DNA of 32,000 nucleotides from Candidatus Peribacter riflensis (GTDB taxonomy: Bacteria; Patescibacteriota; Gracilibacteria; Peribacterales; Peribacteraceae): the NCBI GenBank assembly GCA_001430755.1, contig CP013062.1, positions 570,001-602,000 on the forward strand, written 5' to 3'. The position numbers and the translations under genes are program-made. The number at the start of each line of letters is the position of its first letter. Within the stretch, counting starts at the first letter, position 1. The notes below the pieces were generated by a model that saw only the letters and a program-made list of their open reading frames with translations, was not told the origin of the DNA and made no database searches. Positions 25,101 to 30,471 of the stretch are shown piece after piece.

Positions 25101-26903
25101 GGCCTTGAGATTCAGACGAATATCGACCAGATTTTCCATAGAGCCGAGAAACTGCTCGTAGTCATCAGCAAATGCTTCGGAATCGGCCTTCATCTGCCTG
25201 AGCATGAGGACGTATGCCGTAGCTCCGTTGATGGTCATCTGCTGACCGTTGACCGTCACGACCTGTCCCTCGGGGCTTGCTGCAAACTGCGAGCCGTCGA
25301 GCTGGGCGAGTACCTCTGTCTGTACATCTTGCGCGACGAATGTCTTGGCGGGCTGCATGCGTTTGATGGCAGCAAGCGTCTGCTGGAACTTGCCAATGCT
25401 GCCCTTGTCGCGAAAGGCAATGATGACATCACGGATCTTCTGCAGCTTTTGCTCTTTCGTGAGCGGTTTACCATCCGGCCCCACACCGCTCTCAAGCGAC
25501 TCACGGATTGCAAGGGGCAGTACGCTGTCGAACCAATCGGCAATCGCCTTCTTGCGCTCCCCTTCAGGAACAAGAGAGAGAATGGCACCGCTCACCATGC
25601 CCGAAAGTCGATTGGCACTCCCCACAAGCTCCATGATTCCCGCGTCCGAAAGACTCTCAAGTCCATTCGGATCGAACGAGGTATTGACCTGTTGCAGCAT
25701 GGCTTCGAGACGACCGATGTGAAATTCTTTCGCTCCGTCGATGCTGCTTTCAACTTTTGTACGAACCTCTTCTGGCGTCATGGAACCGAACGGCTTGAAC
25801 GCCCCGTTAAAATCGTAGGAGTTTCCGAACTGATTCTGCATGGTCGTGAGTTCGCCCATGGCCACGTGGTGCGCCGACATCTGCTTCGTCACGAGAACCA
25901 TCCGATCCATAATCGACATGCGCTCACGGCGCATGAGCTTCTGCACACCGGCCCGCTGCTCATCGGTCAATTCCGGGCTCTTCATCACCTGCGTCTGCTG
26001 ATCGAGCACCTGGTTGTAGCGTTCTTGCAATACCCGCAGGTACACCCGCTGTGGGAGGAACTCTTTCGGGGCGCCCGGCAAATCGGTTCCCGCAGGGTTG
26101 CCCTTGAGCATATTGATGATACGGTTCTCGAGCACGACGACGTGATCACTGCGCTGCTTCATGATCTGCTCGAGGATGATCGCTTTCTTCGAGTGATCTT
26201 TCTCGGCGAGATACTGTGCACGCAGATCTGCTTCGACAGCGAGAACCTTCTGCGCATCGGGGGATAAAGACGCATAAGCCGCATCACGCGTCTTCTGATA
26301 TTCCTGCAGTCGCTTCTTCTGCGCGGGCATATGTGAGAGTTCCTCAATCTGCTCATCGAGAGAGAGGATGCTCGCAAAGTGCACGCGCTGCTGCACAAGC
26401 TCTTTGAGTGCATGAAGGTAACGAATGGCCTGCAGCTGCTCCTGTTCCAGCTCCGCCCTGCGCTCCGGCGGCAAGTGGGGAATGATCGCCTGCAGTTCCT
26501 CGCCACACGACTGCATCAGATCCGCAACGCCCCGAACTGTGGCGGGGAGGTATTGGTTGTACGTCACAGCTTGGTTTGCGATGATCAGTTCTCTGTGTCG
26601 ATCGATGTCCTGTCGGATCGGAATGTCGCGCAGATCCGCTTCGAGCTGCAATGCCTTGCGACGCATCTTAAGCTCGTTGGACAATGCGAGCTCTGCAAAA
26701 TCCTGATAGACCACATGCCCGTTGGTACACTCCGCCAGTCTTTGATCAATATCCTCCTGCGCAAGATGTTCAGGCAGCGTACGTTCTGCGCCGAGCATCT
26801 GTTGCAATGCCATCGCCTCCACAGTCAGCGCGCGCGGAGTTCCCTTCAGAGCTTCACGTGATTTGGGGGAGGTCGGTTCTGTTGTTTGTTTTTCGATACC
26901 CAT
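22176..26903 (-). CDS. giant hypothetical membrane protein (1575 aa), no recognisable domain
   Basis: Uninterrupted 4.7-kb ORF with an ATG start at 26903. There is no N-terminal signal sequence. Long helical or coiled-coil-looking segments are present. Hydrophobic segments lie at about aa 609-643 (WMTLLKALGITAAVGALLPWIVGGSATGATLYLL) and aa 663-683 (LLKPSAILTTGLTALQIYRIY), at nt about 24855..25079. I could find no P-loop, HExxH or other catalytic motif. The gene looks less GC-rich than purL or murC. Confidence 0.85.
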   Translation of the reverse strand: MGIEKQTTEPTSPKSREALKGTPRALTVEAMALQQMLGAERTLPEHLAQEDIDQRLAECTNGHVVYQDFAELALSNELKMRRKALQLEADLRDIPIRQDIDRHRELIIANQAVTYNQYLPATVRGVADLMQSCGEELQAIIPHLPPERRAELEQEQLQAIRYLHALKELVQQRVHFASILSLDEQIEELSHMPAQKKRLQEYQKTRDAAYASLSPDAQKVLAVEADLRAQYLAEKDHSKKAIILEQIMKQRSDHVVVLENRIINMLKGNPAGTDLPGAPKEFLPQRVYLRVLQERYNQVLDQQTQVMKSPELTDEQRAGVQKLMRRERMSIMDRMVLVTKQMSAHHVAMGELTTMQNQFGNSYDFNGAFKPFGSMTPEEVRTKVESSIDGAKEFHIGRLEAMLQQVNTSFDPNGLESLSDAGIMELVGSANRLSGMVSGAILSLVPEGERKKAIADWFDSVLPLAIRESLESGVGPDGKPLTKEQKLQKIRDVIIAFRDKGSIGKFQQTLAAIKRMQPAKTFVAQDVQTEVLAQLDGSQFAASPEGQVVTVNGQQMTINGATAYVLMLRQMKADSEAFADDYEQFLGSMENLVDIRLNLKAEINAIKQGWMTLLKALGITAAVGALLPWIVGGSATGATLYLLRKAPAIIRGISRLPATTWNLLKPSAILTTGLTALQIYRIYEDVKELGAMDRIIEQREKLIIADLKLAGFEADPPDQNARFTYKDGGTVCTVNVAELKAAEQGHEIAQIVRIGGDIVELPMILRALSTIRKGTAPLRASLPVLAAEVAIETLVYGIDQKADRTFLERCPAWLLAKIDVEHTIGEKKYGMLATTSELMLTDPITSKSGEQKKNIREKVLFCILHDELANVPELIDALYPTGMHPKNVDAFFKEDFRSVLLPYYAVRLWQLSDGALSVDDIRAGRVGGFSLAPARTPDISSVNVRRALREALVVYLEHRKEREYVHAVDALEQYRAVPDGDRGVQGVLTDVVHALGAKTAFGTPLHSLERDQLVDAQGRTRVQRLVEELAARVDRKEPLTVPAGSVPGLREDLNFASGDALLEQLIADPALRMRLSRVLPRDVGEQQNAEGKEWHDIKTFTDAVELKWPKDATLMGAIAHFDFPTSYAATAADNIRSASGKKSIKSEPGLLDAFLGASADQTTLANGLEHITIDGIDLIESDKRVGERRAAFRFNHQLTEGFFGEESEPTLVFTAGSVSHRVSRKLTSVKLPEGFPHLPLRAVFYEGRNLPGNHDMVLATYVLGDLENGRVLVLQQAAATAQLNNTNLQVIPGLLQPVTMREAERKPGLSRLLEQARKTLIDRRQNAERAARQRLNAQETKWEQEHAEGDRLEQEQQLMHDRAVERAQQMPEMLYVPGVYKRNEAAKELSLSPGEFRGHLGGHDVKFTSAFLDQIGVPSMGVHRENKGVWLPQESDAFRFSADKDGKTFTYTIRRLDMLTQEPTDAFTKEDQDLGFAVLSTPLNLSGHPKEHDAAFLRKVRAYELHRLLDLTTYRSSFSWGPAEYRQNLFAKLLPLYEKTKDPRQFLHVLLNNLLDGTVSSKAYGRILKNMESFQ

Positions 26904-26909
26904 ACTGTT

Positions 26910-27524
26910 CTAGTGGGGCGCGTTAGGGGGGAAGAAGTCCGCAGCCCCGCCGGTGGGCGGAGGTGGCAGAGGAAGGTTGGGAGCTCCGGTCGGCCCCGGC
27001 ATGGGATTGGAGGGAATAATCCCCCCTTGAGGTATTGCCTCGAATGCACCACCCGTCGTTGGGGCAACAGTGTCAGCGGCGGCAGCGGCTCCCTCCATAG
27101 GATTGGGGACGGCTACAAGACCGCCCAACTGATCCCACGCGAGGTAGGCTCCGCCCGCCACGAGTGCTGCAAGGATGAGGAGCGTGAGCATGGGATGTCG
27201 TTTCATCGTGTCCCATGTCGCCTGCGTAGCGCGACCCGGGAGCTTGAGGACCTTCTCGTACCACCGCTCTTTGCGGGCGATCTCCTGCTTGTTGAGCTTG
27301 AGATGTGTGATGAGAGCATCCACCTGCCCGTTGAGCTTGGGGTCCCGCTTGCGCAGAGCTTCCACCAGCTTCTCGCGCTTCTCGACCGAATCCAGTGCCG
27401 ACTCGAATTCCTCAATCTTCTTGAAGCCCAGCTTCTGCGCGTAATCCACCATCTCTTCGCGGTTTCTGAAAACCGGAAAAGCGGCGGGCTGCTCGCGGCC
27501 GGCGGAGGGAGTGGCAGTGGCCAT
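26910..27524 (-). CDS. hypothetical single-pass membrane protein with a Pro/Gly-rich C-terminal tail
   Basis: 204 aa. It has a charged helical N-terminal half and a TM helix (MLTLLILAALVAGGAYLAW). The tail is PNPMEGAAAAADTV...PNLPLPPPPTGGAADFFPPNAPH. The ATG at 27524 shares its A with the TAA stop of the upstream gene (TAATG). Its own stop lies 6 nt before the 1575-aa gene ATG. Confidence 0.7.
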   Translation of the reverse strand: MATATPSAGREQPAAFPVFRNREEMVDYAQKLGFKKIEEFESALDSVEKREKLVEALRKRDPKLNGQVDALITHLKLNKQEIARKERWYEKVLKLPGRATQATWDTMKRHPMLTLLILAALVAGGAYLAWDQLGGLVAVPNPMEGAAAAADTVAPTTGGAFEAIPQGGIIPSNPMPGPTGAPNLPLPPPPTGGAADFFPPNAPH

Positions 27525-27922
27525 TATACGGTTACAGTATTGGAAAGAAGCATCTCGTGACGGAGGAGAGAGAGGCCCATGAGCCCCTCAACATCCTCAT
27601 CGCTCCGAATCTCTTTGAGCAGTGATGCCATGAGCACCGACAGGCCTTTCGCCCCGATCGTGAAGCAGAGCTCCGGAAGAACCTCCTGCGGCACATCGTG
27701 GAGAGAGAGTGTGGAGAGTGCGCTGCCCGCCTCCACCTGCTTCGCGAGGGCTGCAACCTGCGGGAATTCCACGAAAGACACCATCTGCTGACGCATCGAA
27801 AGTTCTTCAGCTGACTCGTAAGCAGATGAACGCTCCTCCTGCACCTCCCACCCCTCCTTCAGCTTCTCTGGAAGGGCTGCAAACACCTTCTGTTCCCCGT
27901 CAGTGAGGTGGAGTGTATTCAC
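27524..27922 (-). CDS. hypothetical small acidic protein (132 aa)
   Basis: The GTG start at 27922 overlaps the csaB-like stop by 4 nt (GTGA). The sequence is protein-like (MNTLHLTDGEQKVFAALPEKLKEGWEVQEE...). No motif recognised. Confidence 0.6.
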   Translation of the reverse strand: MNTLHLTDGEQKVFAALPEKLKEGWEVQEERSSAYESAEELSMRQQMVSFVEFPQVAALAKQVEAGSALSTLSLHDVPQEVLPELCFTIGAKGLSVLMASLLKEIRSDEDVEGLMGLSLLRHEMLLSNTVTV

Positions 27923-28995
27923 AACTGTATTCTACCAGATTCGCTGAATACTGGGAATAGAACCTTCCGAAGCGCGTTCTCTCCGTCTGAGAGCAGTGCG
28001 GAAAGGGCCGGGGCAGAGAGTCCGGAGAGCGAAGAGAGTTTGTCCCCCTCCGCTTGTGGTACCGCCTCGCAGGGAACACCGAGCGCCAGAGCCGCCAGTG
28101 CGCCGTGATAGCGCTCGGCAAGGACCAACTGTGCTCCGGAAACTTCTGCAATCAATGCCTCAACAGAGCCAACTGCAATGATCGCAGACTCGGGGAGAGA
28201 GAGTGCACCGGCGATAGACCGGCAGACATGTTGCTCCGCCCGGTCCTCCGGCTGGAGCGAGAGAATATGTACCGCGTCCCATGACTCGGAATTTCTAAGC
28301 GCAGTCGCCCGCTCATTGAATGGAATCGAGGAGTTTCCACGCGGAATAATAACGAGCAATTTTTGTGAACTGCTGCTGTTGTTTTCCGCTTTAAATAGAG
28401 AAAGTGCAGGGTCAGCTGTTTGAATAATTTTTGTATTCATCTTCCATGATTGCACACGCTGAAATGTTGCGTCATCCCGCACGCTCACAAAGCGCGCATG
28501 ACGCACGGTCCACCGCGCGCACCACTCCCCCACCCTCGTGCGGAAAGGACCGATCCCCTGAAAGGCGAGGAAGAAGGGCTTACGGAGCATCCAACAGACG
28601 AACGCATGCCACCACCACAGCAGGCAGGCCCCCACAGACTCGATATCCGTGAAGAGCGTTCCTCCGCCGAAGACGAGACCGTCGCTCGAACGAAGCGCCC
28701 GGAGGGTCCTCCACCAGGGCGTGAGGAATAGTGAGCGGAAACCGGCAGACAGGCGGGGCAATTCCCCTGTCTTTCGATGCGCAGAGAGCACGAGCCATTC
28801 CCCTTCCGGGAACGCACGAAGAAAGTACTCCCGGAGCGCCTCGTCCCCGAAATTGCCTACGCCGTAGTTCCCGACAAGCACATACCGCACGAGCGCAGTA
28901 TACAGTGGACGGTATGCATATTCCGGGGAACATCCGGAAAGGGGGCGAATTGTCACAGTGAGCACTGTCGAACTGCGACAATGTCTCGTATGCAT
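27919..28995 (-). CDS. csaB: polysaccharide pyruvyl transferase, CsaB-like
   Basis: VLVGNYGVGNFGDEALREYF, LVFGGGTLFTDIES, LAFQGIGPF and ERYHGALAALALGVP follow the order and spacing of the pyruvyl-transferase (CsaB) family motifs. The start is uncertain. The track uses TTG 29043, the first ATG is 28995, and GTG 28890 would give the family-typical N-terminus (VRYVLVGNYG). Confidence 0.72.
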   Translation of the reverse strand: MHTRHCRSSTVLTVTIRPLSGCSPEYAYRPLYTALVRYVLVGNYGVGNFGDEALREYFLRAFPEGEWLVLSAHRKTGELPRLSAGFRSLFLTPWWRTLRALRSSDGLVFGGGTLFTDIESVGACLLWWWHAFVCWMLRKPFFLAFQGIGPFRTRVGEWCARWTVRHARFVSVRDDATFQRVQSWKMNTKIIQTADPALSLFKAENNSSSSQKLLVIIPRGNSSIPFNERATALRNSESWDAVHILSLQPEDRAEQHVCRSIAGALSLPESAIIAVGSVEALIAEVSGAQLVLAERYHGALAALALGVPCEAVPQAEGDKLSSLSGLSAPALSALLSDGENALRKVLFPVFSESGRIQL

Positions 28996-29081
28996 GTGGT
29001 TCGACCCCCCTTCGCCCTTCGGGCTACGGCGAGGCAGGCACAACTCACCATGACATACCTGCAGGATAGAGAACCTCCTGC

Positions 29082-29534
29082 CTACTCTGTCTTTTTTTCC
29101 TCTTTCACAGTCTCAGCGGCAGACACCTCTTCCTTGACCGGCTCTGGGGCTGCTGCAATGGAAAATTCCTCAGCAGTCGTGAAGCGCTCGCTTAAGCGGG
29201 CGGACTTGCCCAGACGGCCGCGGAGGAAATTGAGCTTCGCGCGGCGGACAGCTGCCACCTTCTTCACCTCGATTTTCTTCACGACGGCGGACGAGAGCGG
29301 AAAGTTTTTCTCGACCCCGACCCCCGACGCAATCCGGCGAACCGTGATCGTGCGATCGGTGGGGACATGCCCGTTATGCACGCCGATCACGAGCCCCTCG
29401 AAGATCTGAATGCGCCCCTTGCCGCCCTCCTCATCCTGAATCTGCTCGTGCACACGCACGGTGTACCCGGGTTTGATCTCGGGATGCTTGGAAGCGAACC
29501 GCTCGGCCTGCTCGTGGAGAATCTGATGAACCAT
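29082..29534 (-). CDS. rplS: 50S ribosomal protein L19
   Basis: KPGYTVRVHEQIQDEEGGKGRIQIFEGLVIGVHNGH...ITVRRIASGVGVEKNFPLSSAVVKKIEVKK...RRAKLNFLRGRLGKSARL matches the L19 core. A C-terminal extension of about 35 aa is rich in Glu, Lys and Ala. The track start is TTG 29549; ATG 29534 is preferred. Confidence 0.93.
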   Translation of the reverse strand: MVHQILHEQAERFASKHPEIKPGYTVRVHEQIQDEEGGKGRIQIFEGLVIGVHNGHVPTDRTITVRRIASGVGVEKNFPLSSAVVKKIEVKKVAAVRRAKLNFLRGRLGKSARLSERFTTAEEFSIAAAPEPVKEEVSAAETVKEEKKTE

Positions 29535-29593
29535 GAGGAAAGTGGGCAAAGGCTACAGAGGAGCGCTTCTGAAGTAAAGTAAAATCTCTCCTT

Positions 29594-29622
29594 CCCTACC
29601 CCCTAACCCTATCCCTATCCCC
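29594..29622 (-). other. G-quadruplex-type G-tract run on the coding strand upstream of rplS
   Basis: The minus strand reads GGGG-ATA-GGG-ATA-GGG-TTA-GGGGG-TA-GGG, five G-runs of at least 3 with loops of 2-3 nt. It starts at the TAG stop of the wHTH gene (29624..29622) and ends about 60 nt before the rplS start. Confidence 0.5.
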
Positions 29623-30215
29623 TATTTCTTCAGCGCCTCATCGATCTGCCGCTGCAGGGAATTCACGAGGATCAGGTGACGCGGATCATTGAGAATCTCG
29701 GTGACGAAGCGGTCTTTCAGGCTCAACCGGTAGAGGAAATCCCCCTCGGAGAAGATGGAGTACTTGATGTGCTTGAGATTCGGATCCTGCAGCAGCAGGG
29801 CCTCGACCACTTCCTTCTTCACATCCCCCACGATGAGCAGATCCACCTTGCTCTCGGAACCCACGAAGGTGCCTGCGAGCAGAATGAGTTTGACGCCCGA
29901 GATCTTCTTTAAGCTCGACACAATGGGGCTCTCAGCCTGGATCTCTTTCGTAAAGATGCCGCGCAGCTCATGGAACAGGGGAAAATCCGGATCGATGTGA
30001 TAGTACTTCTTGCGATTCCGATGGCGTGCGCGCACGAGCCCGATGTGCCTCAGATTCTCGAGCTCTCTGCGGATGGAATTGATCTGCTCATGCAGCAGCC
30101 GCGTGAGTTCACGAATGAAATACTCCTCTTCGGGATGGAGGAGAAATGTCGAGAGGAGCTTCACGCGCGTCTGCGAACTAAACAGTGCTTTAAGAATCAC
30201 GGATGACACGATCAC
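29622..30215 (-). CDS. winged-helix (ArsR-like) transcriptional regulator with a nucleotidyltransferase-like C-terminal domain
   Basis: The N-terminus (LFSSQTRVKLLSTFLLHPEEEYFIRELTRLLHEQINSIRRELENLRHIGLVRARHRNRKKYY) is a typical wHTH. The C-terminal LAGTFVGSESKVDLLIVGD resembles the GS...D-x-D minimal nucleotidyltransferase motif. The start at 30215 is GTG. Confidence 0.72.
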   Translation of the reverse strand: MIVSSVILKALFSSQTRVKLLSTFLLHPEEEYFIRELTRLLHEQINSIRRELENLRHIGLVRARHRNRKKYYHIDPDFPLFHELRGIFTKEIQAESPIVSSLKKISGVKLILLAGTFVGSESKVDLLIVGDVKKEVVEALLLQDPNLKHIKYSIFSEGDFLYRLSLKDRFVTEILNDPRHLILVNSLQRQIDEALKK

Positions 30216-30220
30216 AAAGA

Positions 30221-30234
30221 GTACTCATGAGTAC
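30221..30234. promoter_or_regulatory. perfect 14-bp palindrome, candidate operator of the adjacent wHTH regulator
   Basis: GTACTCATGAGTAC equals its own reverse complement. It lies 5 nt upstream of the regulator start codon (30215, minus strand), at the edge of the 256-bp A/T-rich divergent intergenic region. Confidence 0.4.
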
Positions 30235-30455
30235 ATGGATAGTGCAAGAAAAGTGATCAGACAATTGATCTACTTTATTGTTCAAAAAAGTGCCTTATTG
30301 AAGCCAAAAAGTACGACTAATGCCAAATTATGGGTACATTCGTGAACACTAATTATACTCAACTATGAGGAACTTTTGTGTTCTAAGTATACTTTTCATC
30401 ACTTCCCTGTTCTTCGACCCTACAGCAGACAGTCATTGAGTAAGAGGCCAAAAAG

Positions 30456-30464
30456 TGATAGAAT
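30456..30464 (+). promoter_or_regulatory. extended -10 element (TG-n-TAGAAT) for the membrane-protein gene
   Basis: tgaTAGAAT at 30456..30464. The ATG at 30472 follows after 7 nt, with no Shine-Dalgarno sequence. Confidence 0.35.
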
Positions 30465-30471
30465 AACTAGA

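Noticed and set aside
22386-26861. Multiple + strand ORFs (e.g. 23058..23735, 25329..26267, 26379..26861) and nested minus-strand ORFs
   Set aside because: They are antisense or out of frame relative to the uninterrupted 4.7-kb ORF 22176..26903. None extends across the region, and none has better protein-like composition.
26886-27560. 224-aa + strand ORF
   Set aside because: It is antisense to the 204-aa gene and crosses two gene junctions that show precise stop/start coupling on the minus strand.
29594-29622. TTAGGG-like repeats as a telomere or linear-replicon end
   Set aside because: There is a single short tract with irregular units (ATAGGG, TTAGGG, TAGGG), internal to a gene-dense region with genes on both sides. 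I kept it only as a G-quadruplex candidate.
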